Part shown: one piece after another, positions 1 through 9,880 of the stretch
Numbering within the stretch: the stretch's first letter is position 1
Layout: every line of letters begins with the position of its first letter
Source of the DNA: an uncultured Gemmatimonadales bacterium
Lineage (GTDB): Bacteria; Gemmatimonadota; Gemmatimonadetes; Palauibacterales; Palauibacteraceae
NCBI GenBank assembly: GCA_963783385.1
Contig: CAWANJ010000001.1
Location: 352,001-416,000, forward strand
Length of the DNA stretch: 64,000 nt
Reading direction: 5' to 3'
The notes under the pieces: model-generated
Database searches by the model: none
The model's input: the letters and a program-made list of their open reading frames with translations, nothing else
Told to the model about the DNA's origin: nothing
Program-made: the position numbers and the translations under genes

Positions 1-2
1 CC

Positions 3-749
3 GTCGGCGACGTCTCCGTCGCCCTCGTGGGCGAGGCGGCGAGGGTTCGAGCGCTGGCGAAGGAGGAGAAGATCCCGGTGGGCCTCACGGCCATCTCGGT
101 CGCGGCCGCGCGCCTCGCCGAGGCCGTCGCTCTCGGGATCGTGATCGCCGTCGCCTTCCTGGCCTTCCCCCTTCCCTCCTTCCTGGCCCGGGCGGGGCTG
201 GTCGCGGGGGCGCTGCTGGCGACGGGCGTCGTGGTCGTCCTGGCGGTGCGGCGGCCGCCGGTGGCCGAGCGGCTACGCCGACACCTTCCGTCCCGGATGG
301 TGGACGCGATGCGGACCGTCGGCCGCCGGCCGTTCGGCGAGGCCGTCGCCCTGGCGCTCGTCAACTGGGGGGCGCAGTGGGCCACCTACGCGCTGGTGCT
401 CGCCGCCACGCACGTCACCCCGTCGCCCGAGGCGGCGTTCGCCGCACTGCTGGCCGCCAACCTGGGCGGCGTGCTGCGACTCACGCCGGCCAACGTGGGG
501 GTGTTCCAGGCCTCCCTGGTCGTGGGGCTGGCGCCCTTCGGTGTGGATCCCTCGTCCGCCATCCTGGCCGGACTCGTGCTGCAGGCGGTTCAGGTCCCGC
601 CGGTCATCGGGCTCGCCAGCCTGGCGGCCGGCGTGGACGGCCTAGCGCGGCTCCGGCGCCAGAGCGCCGGTGAGGAAGAGGCCACGGCGGGGGAGGCGGC
701 GTCCGCCGGGCGAACCGGCCGGCGCTTCACGGAGGTGGCCGAGACCTAG
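3..749 (+). CDS. Lysylphosphatidylglycerol synthase TM / UPF0104 flippase-like membrane protein (5' partial)
   Basis: Multi-TM ORF open from the window edge; GEAARV and LTPANVGVFQ motifs are typical of the LPG_synthase_TM family. Confidence 0.7.
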   Translation, partial: VGDVSVALVGEAARVRALAKEEKIPVGLTAISVAAARLAEAVALGIVIAVAFLAFPLPSFLARAGLVAGALLATGVVVVLAVRRPPVAERLRRHLPSRMVDAMRTVGRRPFGEAVALALVNWGAQWATYALVLAATHVTPSPEAAFAALLAANLGGVLRLTPANVGVFQASLVVGLAPFGVDPSSAILAGLVLQAVQVPPVIGLASLAAGVDGLARLRRQSAGEEEATAGEAASAGRTGRRFTEVAET

Positions 750-779
750 GACGAGGCGCCGGCCGCGCTCGCCGCCCGC

Positions 780-1592
780 TCACAGGGCGCGGCCGAGCAC
801 CTCCTCCAGGCGTCGGCGTCCGCTTCGGCTCAGGTTGCGGCGGGTCCCGTCCTCCAGCAGGACGACGTACTGGCCCGTGCCCGTCGTGCGGATCTCCTTC
901 ACGAAGCCAATGCGGACGATCGTGGATCGGTGGATCCGGACGAAGACGTCCGGGTCCAGGCTGTCCTCCAGCTCCTTCATCGTCTCCCGCATGAGGTGCG
1001 AGCGCTCCCCGGTGTGGAGCCGCACGTAGTCGCCCGCCGCCTCGACCCAGTCCACCTCCCCCACATCCACGAAGTGGATGCGGCCCGAGGAGCGCACGAC
1101 GAAGCGCTCGACCGGCCCCTCGCGCTCCTCCCCGACGGCGCTCTCCTCCCCCTCGGCGGCGGCCCGATGGTCGGCCAGCAGGGCCTCGATCCGCGACGCC
1201 ATGGCGGCGTCCTGGCGCCGGGACAGCTCCAGCTTGGCCCGCTCGAGAGCGCGCTCGAAGCGCTCGTCGTCGAACGGCTTGAGCAGGTAGTCCAGGGCGT
1301 GCACCTCGAAGGCGCGCAGCGCGTACTGGTCGTATGCGGTGACGAACACGATGGTCGGGATGCGGACCCCCTCGACGGCCAGCGTCTCCAGCACGTCGAA
1401 CCCGTCCATCTCCGGCATCTGGATGTCCAGGAAGACCAGGTCCGGCTCGAGCTCGAGGGTGCGGTCCACCGCCTCGGGCCCCGAGCGGCATTCCCCCACC
1501 ACGTCGACCTCCGGGTCCGCCCTCAGCAGGACGCGCAGGGTCTCCCTCGCGAGCGGCTCATCGTCTACGATCAGGGTGCGGATGGCCTTCAC
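780..1592 (-). CDS. LytTR-family DNA-binding response regulator
   Basis: REC domain (IVDDEPLAR, FLDIQMP, FVTAYD, YLLKPF) plus LytTR domain (FVRIHRSTIV); GTG start overlaps the kinase stop (GTGA). Confidence 0.93.
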   Translation of the reverse strand: MKAIRTLIVDDEPLARETLRVLLRADPEVDVVGECRSGPEAVDRTLELEPDLVFLDIQMPEMDGFDVLETLAVEGVRIPTIVFVTAYDQYALRAFEVHALDYLLKPFDDERFERALERAKLELSRRQDAAMASRIEALLADHRAAAEGEESAVGEEREGPVERFVVRSSGRIHFVDVGEVDWVEAAGDYVRLHTGERSHLMRETMKELEDSLDPDVFVRIHRSTIVRIGFVKEIRTTGTGQYVVLLEDGTRRNLSRSGRRRLEEVLGRAL

Positions 1593-2743
1593 GACGGCTC
1601 CCTCCACCGGGTCCACGGCAGCTCGATCACCGACACGACCCCCGCCCGGGTGCCCGGGCCCACGTGCAGCCGGGCCTCGTCGCCGTACATGCGCGTCAGC
1701 CGCTCGCGCACGTTGCGGAGCCCGACGCCCGACTCTTCGTTGGGTTTCCACCCGGCCTGCGGGAGGGGGCCGTCGTCCTCGACCTTGAGGCGCAGGAGTC
1801 CGTCGGACCGGCACGCAACCACCGACACCTCGCGGCTGCCCGCGTGTGGGCTCACGCCGTGGCGGATCGCGTTCTCGACGAGGGGCTGCAGGATCATGTT
1901 GGGCACGGCGGCGAGCAGGGCCTCCTCATCCACGTCGAAGCGCACCCGCAGCCGATCCGAGAAGCGCATCTGCTCCACCTCCAGGTAGCGGCGCAGGAAC
2001 TCCATCTCCTCCTGAAGCGGGGCCTTCTGACGCTCCTCGTTCTCCAGCGAGTAGCGCAGAAGGTCCCCGAGCCCGGCCAGCATGCCCAGGGCACGGTCAC
2101 GCTCGCCGGTCCGAACCAGTGACCCGATCGAATGCAGGGTATTGAACAGGAAATGGGGGTGGAGCTGCATCTTCAGCGCACGGAGCTGGGCTTCCACGAC
2201 CCGACTGCGGAGGTCCGCGGCCTCCACCTCGTGCTCGCGGAGCCGGCGGTAATTGTGGTACGCCTGGCCGGCCGCGAGGATGAAGAGGTAGATGATCAGC
2301 CCCCACAGGAAGTAGCTGCGCGCGATCGTCGTGTAGTAATCCCAGAATCCGCTGTACCGGGGCGGGACCATCGCGATGATCGAGATGATCCAGCAGGAGA
2401 GCAGGAGCTCGACCTGCAGGAGGACGGCGGCGGCCGCCACGTGCAGCACCAGGTTTCGAGCCCAGTGGCGCCGCTCCAGCGGGAGGCGCCGGCCGAGCCA
2501 CAGGATGAGCGGTGCGAGAGCGGCCCACAGGTAGTAGTCCGGGAGCCAGTACTTGGTCATCTCCCAGAAGGAGATCGGCTCCCGGGAGGGCATCCCGAAG
2601 AAGGCCTGCACGGTGGCCACCAGGCCCAGCGCGGTGGCGCCTCCCAGCACCAGGAGAATCCACACGACCAGGCGACGGGACTCGTCGCCGCGCTCGACCT
2701 TCCGGCCCGGAGGCGGGGCCGATCCTCGGGAACCCGGGGACAT
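1589..2743 (-). CDS. LytS/YehU-type sensor histidine kinase
   Basis: N-terminal TM helices; LKMQLHPHFLFNTL H-box; LQPLVENAIRHG N-box; GVGLRNVRERL G-box; start approximate. Confidence 0.92.
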   Translation of the reverse strand: MSPGSRGSAPPPGRKVERGDESRRLVVWILLVLGGATALGLVATVQAFFGMPSREPISFWEMTKYWLPDYYLWAALAPLILWLGRRLPLERRHWARNLVLHVAAAAVLLQVELLLSCWIISIIAMVPPRYSGFWDYYTTIARSYFLWGLIIYLFILAAGQAYHNYRRLREHEVEAADLRSRVVEAQLRALKMQLHPHFLFNTLHSIGSLVRTGERDRALGMLAGLGDLLRYSLENEERQKAPLQEEMEFLRRYLEVEQMRFSDRLRVRFDVDEEALLAAVPNMILQPLVENAIRHGVSPHAGSREVSVVACRSDGLLRLKVEDDGPLPQAGWKPNEESGVGLRNVRERLTRMYGDEARLHVGPGTRAGVVSVIELPWTRWREPS

Positions 2744-2890
2744 CAGCGCATTCACGGCCAGTGGCACGGTGAGCGGCTCGCGGCCCGCTCTTCGGGCCGG
2801 GCCCTGAACCTCACGAGGATACGGTTCGAGGGGCGCTCCCCGCCAGCCCTCGGGCCGTCGAGCCGTGCCGGGCCGTTCCCCCCCGCGCGC

Positions 2891-3430
2891 TCAGGAAGGC
2901 CGGTAGCGGCCGTCGAACGCCATCTTCCAGGTGGACCCGCCGTCCACCGACACCTCCCACCGCTGCCGCACCCCGCCGTCCGGCGTGGGAGTCCAGGTGA
3001 TCCGGTCGAGCACCTCGCCCCGGGGTCCGGTGCGCCGGCCCGAGAGCACCATGGAGGAGCCCCGCAGCGCGCCGCTGAGGTGGAGTACGAGCCCCCCTTC
3101 GCCCACCCAGAACTGGGTCCAGTGTCCCGAGGTCGGATCGTAGGCGTTGAGACTCCTGCCGCCCACACCGTCCCGCCCCATCCAGTGTTCGAGGATGCCG
3201 CACCCGCCCGAAACCGGGGTGACCTCGCTGCGACCCACCACCCGTCCCGCCGTGTCGGTCACGGTCCAGCGGCCCACCCAGAAGTCGAACTGGCGTCGCT
3301 CCGGAGCCCGGCACCGGGAGGCGATCGTGTCCGATCGGGCGGACGGAGCGCCCGGGGCAGACCCTCCGCGCGGCGCCCCGGAGGTGACGAGCGGCAGGAG
3401 GACGAGCGCGGCCAACTCCCATCGAGGCAT
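2891..3430 (-). CDS. Secreted conserved hypothetical protein (DUF1579-like beta-barrel)
   Basis: Signal peptide, then RQFDFWVGRW...GCGILEHW...VRQRWEVSVDGGSTW; GGAGG SD upstream. Confidence 0.65.
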   Translation of the reverse strand: MPRWELAALVLLPLVTSGAPRGGSAPGAPSARSDTIASRCRAPERRQFDFWVGRWTVTDTAGRVVGRSEVTPVSGGCGILEHWMGRDGVGGRSLNAYDPTSGHWTQFWVGEGGLVLHLSGALRGSSMVLSGRRTGPRGEVLDRITWTPTPDGGVRQRWEVSVDGGSTWKMAFDGRYRPS

Positions 3431-3571
3431 GATCGAACCTCCCGGACGCGGTCCACGGGGTGGGGGCGCCGTCCGTCGACGCCCGTGCGAACCGCCAGAA
3501 TGTCGGGCGCAGGGGCGCCCGCGACACCCGTCCGTCGACGAACGGACGTTCGGCGCCGACGAGCTACCGTC

Positions 3572-6343
3572 TCAGAAGGCCGTCCACCAGGTGATCTTGG
3601 CCAGGAAGGTGTCGGCGGGGGGACGGTCGAAGATGCGGCCGATGTCGGGCCCCAGGGCCAGGCTTCCCGTAGCGGCGGTGCCACTCCGGTCCTGGGTCCA
3701 CACCAGGTAGAGGGTCGAGCCCGGCCGGAACTGCCAGCGGAGGATCGCGTTGCCGCGCAGGGAGTGGAGGGTGAAGTTGGGGTCGTCGAACGAGAAGGGC
3801 CGAGCCGGCCCCGACCCGTCCGGGTCCACCGAGTACTCGCGCCCGCCCGAGGCCGACGTCGTGGTCGAGATCGTCCCCACGTCCCGACCGTACGCCAGGG
3901 TCCGGAGGCTACGGGGCGCCGCGTACTCCTTGAAGGAAGAGAACCGGTTGCCGGACACGAGCGGCTGCAGGTAGACCTCCAGCGACAGGTCGGGCGTGAA
4001 CGTGATGCTGGCCCGGGTCTCCATGGAGAACTGCTGCTGGAGCAGGTCCGCGAACACGTACCGCGTGCCGTAGAAAGCGCTCGCCGTGGGGTCCTGTACG
4101 GCCGTGACATACTGCACGGGGGACGTGGATCGCCGGTAGGCCGGGCCCGCCGACAGCGACACGTTGGAGGCCGGCTTGAAGCGCAGCGACAGGGAGGCGC
4201 TGTAGGAGGGGGGACCTACGGCCCGGTCGGTGAGGTTTCCCGACAGGCCCACCACCAGTGAATTCCGACTGTCGGTGTTGAGCTGGAGGCTGTAGTACGT
4301 GTAACCGGGGACCTTGACGACGGGCCCGCCCCGCGTGCGCCCGTCGTCGAAGGTCGACGGCGAGTGGATCACGAAGGCATTCGCGCCCCAGTAGTTCAGG
4401 GTCGTGAGCCCGACAAAGCCGTGCAGGTCGCGGTACGTGAGGTTGCCCTCAAAATCGTACTCCTGCTGACCCCCGGCGATGAAGCTCAACGTCCGGTACC
4501 AGGAGGTCGGCGTCGTCAGGTGGCGGAACAGGTTCGCGTTCATCCACCAGTAGTCCGCGCGGTTCATGAAGCCCAGGTCGTTGGACTCGAACCCGGGGCT
4601 GCGCACGTTGAGCCCCGTCTCCCACAGCCATTCGCCCGACTCCTTGGCGACCCGCACGTGGCCGGCCCAGCCCCGCAGCGAGGTGGCCGTGGGGTCGAAG
4701 GCGTCGGAGAACAGCCCGTTGCCGCCCCCCTTCCGGTCCGGGCGCTGGAAGTAGCGCGCGCTCGACTCCTGCTCGCGGCGGATGGCGGCGGTATCCCCCC
4801 ACAGGCCGCTCCCGGCGATCTGCGCCCGCACCCGGTACGTCTTCCCGCCCCACCAGTACTGCGCGTCCAGCCCCGCCGTCTCGGCGTGCCGGGGGAGGAG
4901 CGACTCGAGGCCCGGGTCGCTCATGCCGCGCAGCACCGACGTGAGGATGCCCCCGACCACGAGGTTGCCCCCGGCGAAGTCGCGCTTCGCCCGTCCCACG
5001 AAGTAGTTGGTCGGGGCCGCCACCGGCTGCTGGAAGCGCTCGCCCGACGAGGAGACCACGGTGGCCCGCTCGCGCGCCGTGACCGCGTCCAGGACGCCCA
5101 CCGACAGCCCACCGGACTGGCGGCCCGTCAGCTTGACCGCGCCGAGGATCGAGGTGTTCTCGGGAACGGAGGCGTACTGGCCCGCATCCTCCGCGAGGGA
5201 AGCGCCCCGGGGACTGCGCCCGATCCGCCGCGAGTGGAACAGGTCCAGGCTCGAGACGTTGCTGCAGAAAAAGCAGCTGAACCCCCCGAAGCTGAACAGG
5301 TCCGAGCCCTCCACGAAGAACGGACGCTTCTCCGGGTAGAAGGTCTCGAACGCGCTCAGGTTCACGACGGCCGGGTCCACCTCCACCTGGCCGAAGTCCG
5401 GGTTGACGGTGGCCGAGAGCGACAGGCTGGGGCCGAGCTGATAGTCGACGTCGGCCCCGAACCGGTAGTCGGCGGCGTGGGCGCGAGCCAGGGGATCTCC
5501 CGGGTCCGCGATCGGCCGGTTGGCCGAGCTGGCCACCGCGTAGGGGACCAGCTCGACCGGACGGTGGGTCGCGGGCGGACGCAGGGCGGCCAGGTGCCCG
5601 AACCTCGAAGGCCCGCCGACCTGGTCGATGGGCCAGAACGCCCACTCCGAGCGCTCCTTGAGCCGGGCGACGAAGCGCACCACCTGGAGCCCCCACGTCT
5701 CGACCGAGTCGGGCGGGAAGCGGAGCTGCGAGAACGGGATCCGGAGCTCGGCCGTCCAGCCCAGCGAGTCCACGGTCGTCGCGGCCCGCCACACGGGGTC
5801 CCAGGAGGCGTCCAGGTTGCTCCCGCCCAGTGCGAGCGCGTCGCCGCGCACGTCGGACGGATTGATGTCGAACTCGGTCTCGCCCAGGTGGTCGTGGAAG
5901 GTGTCGAAGAGGATCGAGAGCTCGTCGCTCTCCATGTCGGCGTCGCGGCGCACGAGGCGGGTGCGGACGCCGGCCGCGCCCAGCGAATCGTACATGCGGG
6001 CCCCTACGTAAAGGGCACGGTCGTCGTAGGCGAACCTGACCTCGGTCCGCTGCGTGGCCTTGACGCCGGGATCGGGCTGGGTCTGCCGGAAGCCCGTGGC
6101 GGCGGGCGCGGTTCGCCACACGGCCTCGTCCAGTCGCCCGTCCAGCTTCAGCGGCTGGCGGAGGCGCACGGCCCGAATCGAGGGCCGCGTCGCATCGTGG
6201 CGGTCGGAGCCCGCCGATTGGGCCCGGGCCGGTCCCGCGCCCGTCACGCCCAGCAGCAGCGCCAGGAGCCCGGCGGCGCCGCGCCACGGGCACCCTCTCG
6301 AGGCTCGAGGAGCGCCCGTGAGGCGAGAGAGAAGCGGCATCAT
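3572..6343 (-). CDS. DUF5916 / CBM9-like sugar-binding domain outer-membrane protein
   Basis: Signal peptide; LDGRLDEAVW, TEVRFAYDDRALYVG, WTAELRIPFSQLRF, NPDFGQVEVD, EKRPFFVEG motifs; aromatic C-terminus (TWWTAF); start 6343 or 6382. Confidence 0.85.
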   Translation of the reverse strand: MMPLLSRLTGAPRASRGCPWRGAAGLLALLLGVTGAGPARAQSAGSDRHDATRPSIRAVRLRQPLKLDGRLDEAVWRTAPAATGFRQTQPDPGVKATQRTEVRFAYDDRALYVGARMYDSLGAAGVRTRLVRRDADMESDELSILFDTFHDHLGETEFDINPSDVRGDALALGGSNLDASWDPVWRAATTVDSLGWTAELRIPFSQLRFPPDSVETWGLQVVRFVARLKERSEWAFWPIDQVGGPSRFGHLAALRPPATHRPVELVPYAVASSANRPIADPGDPLARAHAADYRFGADVDYQLGPSLSLSATVNPDFGQVEVDPAVVNLSAFETFYPEKRPFFVEGSDLFSFGGFSCFFCSNVSSLDLFHSRRIGRSPRGASLAEDAGQYASVPENTSILGAVKLTGRQSGGLSVGVLDAVTARERATVVSSSGERFQQPVAAPTNYFVGRAKRDFAGGNLVVGGILTSVLRGMSDPGLESLLPRHAETAGLDAQYWWGGKTYRVRAQIAGSGLWGDTAAIRREQESSARYFQRPDRKGGGNGLFSDAFDPTATSLRGWAGHVRVAKESGEWLWETGLNVRSPGFESNDLGFMNRADYWWMNANLFRHLTTPTSWYRTLSFIAGGQQEYDFEGNLTYRDLHGFVGLTTLNYWGANAFVIHSPSTFDDGRTRGGPVVKVPGYTYYSLQLNTDSRNSLVVGLSGNLTDRAVGPPSYSASLSLRFKPASNVSLSAGPAYRRSTSPVQYVTAVQDPTASAFYGTRYVFADLLQQQFSMETRASITFTPDLSLEVYLQPLVSGNRFSSFKEYAAPRSLRTLAYGRDVGTISTTTSASGGREYSVDPDGSGPARPFSFDDPNFTLHSLRGNAILRWQFRPGSTLYLVWTQDRSGTAATGSLALGPDIGRIFDRPPADTFLAKITWWTAF

Positions 6344-6390
6344 CCAGCTCCGTGGGTGAGGTCCAGGTCCGGGTTCCTGCATATGGCCCT

Positions 6391-6419
6391 TGGACGACGT
6401 CTACGAGGCGAAGGTTGCA
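6391..6419 (-). promoter_or_regulatory. Putative ECF-sigma promoter TGCAACC-N16-CGTCCA for the DUF5916 gene
   Basis: AAC...CGTC architecture typical of ECF promoters; matches the motif upstream of the ECF gene (9750-9778). Confidence 0.55.
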
Positions 6420-6525
6420 AAGGCTGAGGCCCCGGAGCGTGCGCGTGAGACGAAGGGACGAGGGAACGGCATGAATGGGGTGAGGGAAGGGTCGGGCGCG
6501 GGGGCGGACTGGAGGCGGTTGGGGG

Positions 6526-6565
6526 TGGCGAGGGCGGGGCGCCGTCCGGCGCCCCGCCCTCGCCA
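6526..6565. terminator. Perfect 18-bp inverted repeat just downstream of a DUF4097 gene (no U-tract)
   Basis: tggcgagggcggggcgcc-gtcc-ggcgccccgccctcgcca. Confidence 0.55.
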
Positions 6566-6570
6566 GGACC

Positions 6571-7431
6571 TCAGGGTCGATGCAGGTCGACGCCTCCGTT
6601 GGTGGTCTCGGCCCGGATGGTGGGTCCTCCTCCACCCAGGTCGACGGCCAGTCGACGGCCAATGCGGCCCTGCACCGTGATCGGGAAGCCCACGTCGACG
6701 CCCCCGTTCACGGTCGAGGTGACGAGGTGCGCAGCGTAGCCGTCCGGGATGGCGAGGTCGACGCCTCCGTTCGTCGTGCGGACGGCGAGACCGACCCCGT
6801 CCCACGTTCGGCCGGCGAGCACGATGTCGAGCCCACCGTTGGTGGTCGAGCCGCTCACGTCCCCGGCCAGGTTCACCAGGTCGACCCCGCCGTTCAGAGT
6901 GCGGAAGCGCGTCTTGCCCTTCAGGCCCTCAATGGAGATGCCGCCGTTCTGGGCGTGCAGGGACACATCGGTGGTCGCCGGCGCCTCGATGCGGTAGCTC
7001 ACCGACCACCAGCTGTCCCGGTGCGTGTCGGGACCCTGGGCCCGGATCCGGCCGCCGTCCGTGTCGATCGTCACGCGACCGGCCAGAGCCCTGGCCTCTT
7101 CGGCCGACCCGGCGCGCGCCTGGACGCGGGCCTGCATCCGCACGTCCGCGCGGTCGGCCGCCCGCACGCGGATGCCGCCGTTGGGCTGAGCATCCACGTC
7201 GAGGCCGCTCGAGGGCGCCTTCAGGGTGAGCTCACGCACCTCGCAATAGCGGCGGGCGTCGTCGCGGTTGCCGCGCGTCTGGGCGCACCAGTCCGAGCCG
7301 TCCTGGGCCCGAGCGGGGCTCACGACGACCGCGGCGGCGGCCAGGGCCAGCAGGATCCTGTCCAGGGGTCCACCGCGTCGCCTGCGGGGATCGGGCATCG
7401 TACGCTTGCTGCTCATCGTCTTCCTCCTCAA
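6571..7431 (-). CDS. DUF4097 family beta-strand repeat protein (secreted)
   Basis: Signal peptide and repeated T-x-NGG-(I/V) motifs. Confidence 0.85.
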   Translation of the reverse strand: MRRKTMSSKRTMPDPRRRRGGPLDRILLALAAAAVVVSPARAQDGSDWCAQTRGNRDDARRYCEVRELTLKAPSSGLDVDAQPNGGIRVRAADRADVRMQARVQARAGSAEEARALAGRVTIDTDGGRIRAQGPDTHRDSWWSVSYRIEAPATTDVSLHAQNGGISIEGLKGKTRFRTLNGGVDLVNLAGDVSGSTTNGGLDIVLAGRTWDGVGLAVRTTNGGVDLAIPDGYAAHLVTSTVNGGVDVGFPITVQGRIGRRLAVDLGGGGPTIRAETTNGGVDLHRP

Positions 7432-7479
7432 CAGTGGATGCGCTTCGTCACACGCGGAGATCGCGGGCGCCGGGTCGCC

Positions 7480-8358
7480 TCAGGAGCCCTCAATGTGCAC
7501 GTCGCCGGTCACGGCCTGCACCGACACGTGCACCGACCCGTTCCCGACCGACAGCCGGTAGTGCCGCCCTCCGCCGAAGTGCTGGCTCCCGAGCAGCTGG
7601 GCCTGGCGATCCGTGACCAGCTCGCCGCTCACGGTCGTGATCTCGTACGAGGCGCCCACACCATCCGGGAGCGCGAGCGTGACCTCTCCGGTCGCCGTCT
7701 GGAAGCTCAGGGTCGCCGAGGAGGTGGGCTGTGCGCGAAAGGTGATGTCGCCCGATGCGCTCGTGAACGTCCCGTCCGAGATCCCGCGGCCGCCGACCTC
7801 GATGTCCCCGTTCGCCGTCGAGATGTCGATGCTCCCCGTGGCCGACGGGACCGTCACGTCCCCGGACACGGTGTTCAGCTTGAGCCGGGCCGGAGAGCCG
7901 TTCACGGTAACGTTGCCGGAGACGCCCGCCACTCGGAGACTCTGCGGATCTCCCTGGACGTGCACGTCTCCATCCATGGACTCGATCGTCACGCGCCCGG
8001 TAAGACCCCGGACGGTCACGTCGCCGTCGCGGGTGTGGACCTCCACCTGCACGGCGCTCGGCAACGAGACCTCGATCGCGTCGTTCGCCCCGTCGTCCCT
8101 CACGCTCAGCCTCCGGCCCGAGCCTTCCAGCCGAATCCGCCGGAGCGTCTCGGGCCGGGCCCGGACCACGAGCGTACGGCCGCTCGAACCGACCACGGTC
8201 ACGTCCGCCTCGCGCGCGGAGATCGAGACCACGCCGTCGGGCGCTACGGAGCGGGCCAAGGAGTCCGGCGACTGCGCCGCAGTCGGGTGCGGTGCCAGCG
8301 CCAACGCCCACGCCACGAGGATCAGCGGGGCCCACCAGCTTCTATCGAGACGGTCCAT
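7480..8358 (-). CDS. DUF4097 family beta-strand repeat protein (secreted)
   Basis: Signal peptide and repeated (T/S)-x-(S/D/N)GD(V/I) motifs. Confidence 0.85.
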   Translation of the reverse strand: MDRLDRSWWAPLILVAWALALAPHPTAAQSPDSLARSVAPDGVVSISAREADVTVVGSSGRTLVVRARPETLRRIRLEGSGRRLSVRDDGANDAIEVSLPSAVQVEVHTRDGDVTVRGLTGRVTIESMDGDVHVQGDPQSLRVAGVSGNVTVNGSPARLKLNTVSGDVTVPSATGSIDISTANGDIEVGGRGISDGTFTSASGDITFRAQPTSSATLSFQTATGEVTLALPDGVGASYEITTVSGELVTDRQAQLLGSQHFGGGRHYRLSVGNGSVHVSVQAVTGDVHIEGS

Positions 8359-8376
8359 TGCGGGACTCTCCCTGTC

Positions 8377-9054
8377 TCAGGTTCCGAGCTGGAGCGTCTG
8401 CTCCAGCAGTCCGATCTTCTTCCGGTACATCGAGGTCAGGAGTTGTGTGGCCGGCTGACTCGAGGGGTCCGCGGCCAGCGCCGCCGAGGTCGTGGCGATG
8501 GCCCGGTCGATGACTTCGAGGTTGGCCTCGACGGCCTGGACGGTCGCTGGAGACAGCTCCGCTCGCCGCGCCTCGAGCTCGGCCCGCAGCCTGGCCACGG
8601 TGGGCTGGTACTGGGAAGCGACGAAACGGGCCGGCGCCGTGGCCGCCACTCCGGGGCTCCCCGCAGCCGCCGCCACGCTGGTCGGTGCGGCCGGCGACGC
8701 GCTGCTACGGTCTTCACGCCCCACGATCACCGCGGTGACGACCGAGGAGAGGGCCACGAGCACCGTGGCCGCCGCGGCCAGCTGCCAGCGGGCCGAGCGC
8801 AGGGTGCGCGCGGAGGACCGGGCCGGCACACGATCCACGGTCCGGCCGGCGACGCCTTCCCACAGGGTCGCGGGCGGCTCGACGGCGGGGGGCAGCCCGG
8901 CCGCCGCCTCGAGCAGGCGCCGGGTCGAATCCACCCACGCCCGACACGAAACGCACGCCTGCAGGTGCCGCTCGACGTCCGGAACCGCCGCCGGCTCCAG
9001 GAGCCCGTCCACGTAGTCGTTCAGCCGGACCTCATCCGGATGCGGCGCGCTCAT
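8377..9054 (-). CDS. Zinc-binding (zf-HC2/ZAS) transmembrane anti-sigma factor
   Basis: HLQACVSC (HxxxCxxC) motif, single TM helix, ATGA overlap with the sigma gene. Confidence 0.88.
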   Translation of the reverse strand: MSAPHPDEVRLNDYVDGLLEPAAVPDVERHLQACVSCRAWVDSTRRLLEAAAGLPPAVEPPATLWEGVAGRTVDRVPARSSARTLRSARWQLAAAATVLVALSSVVTAVIVGREDRSSASPAAPTSVAAAAGSPGVAATAPARFVASQYQPTVARLRAELEARRAELSPATVQAVEANLEVIDRAIATTSAALAADPSSQPATQLLTSMYRKKIGLLEQTLQLGT

Positions 9055-9641
9055 GGTCTCAGCTCCTCGCGCAGCAGCTTCCGGGCACGGTGGAGCTGCG
9101 ACTTCACGGTTCCGACGGTCGTTCCCATCATCTCCGCGATCTCCTCCTGCGGATACCCTTCCACGTCATAGAGCACGAACACCATCCGGGCCCGGTCCGG
9201 CAACGTCCCGATCGCCCGGTCCAGTGCGATCCTGAGGACGGGCGACGACGCGTCCACGCCGCCGTCCAGGAGCTCGAGCGTCTCGGGCTCCTCGGTCCGG
9301 GTCGGGCGGCGCGAGCGGGACCGGAACGCGTTGTAGACCACGTTCACGGTGAGCCTGTGCATCCAGGTCGCGAACCTCGATTCGCCCCGGAACGTGTCGA
9401 GCTTCTCCCACGCCCTCACGAACGCCTCCTGGGCCAGCTCCTCCGCCAGGGCAGGCTCGCCCGCCAATCGGAGGCACAGCGCGTAGACTCGGCCGGCGTT
9501 CTCGTTGTAGAGGCGCTCGAAGCGGGCCCGGCGCTCCGCCGCCGTGTCCGGTGCCGCCGGGACTCCCGGGCCGGCCGCGGGCGGCCCCGGCCGAGGCCGA
9601 TCGCCCGAACCCCTCACCGTGCGAACCGCCTCATGCCCCAC
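9051..9641 (-). CDS. ECF RNA polymerase sigma factor
   Basis: Region 2 (AEELAQEAFVRAW...FRGESRFATWMHRL) and region 4 (EIAEMMGTTVGTVKSQLHRAR); start uncertain. Confidence 0.93.
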   Translation of the reverse strand: MGHEAVRTVRGSGDRPRPGPPAAGPGVPAAPDTAAERRARFERLYNENAGRVYALCLRLAGEPALAEELAQEAFVRAWEKLDTFRGESRFATWMHRLTVNVVYNAFRSRSRRPTRTEEPETLELLDGGVDASSPVLRIALDRAIGTLPDRARMVFVLYDVEGYPQEEIAEMMGTTVGTVKSQLHRARKLLREELRP

Positions 9642-9749
9642 CAGCGCGCTCCTCGGCGACCGGACGGGAGCGCCAGCTCCCGTCCGCCGCTGCGGGCGCG
9701 GGGGCCCGAGCCGACACGGATCGCAGGGTGATCGTCATCGTTCGAGTAT

Positions 9750-9778
9750 GGGACACGGTTCGGGTCCGGCAGGTTGGA
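9750..9778 (-). promoter_or_regulatory. Putative autoregulatory ECF promoter TCCAACC-N16-TGTCCC
   Basis: Same spacing and core as the 6391-6419 motif; directly upstream of the sigma operon. Confidence 0.55.
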
Positions 9779-9880
9779 ACGGGCGCGGGGCGCTTGCGGA
9801 GCCCTCCCTCGGCGGCCGAACATGGGCCGACACCCGCGGGCGCGCCGCGGCCACACCCGCCCTCGCACAGGAGCCGCCCC

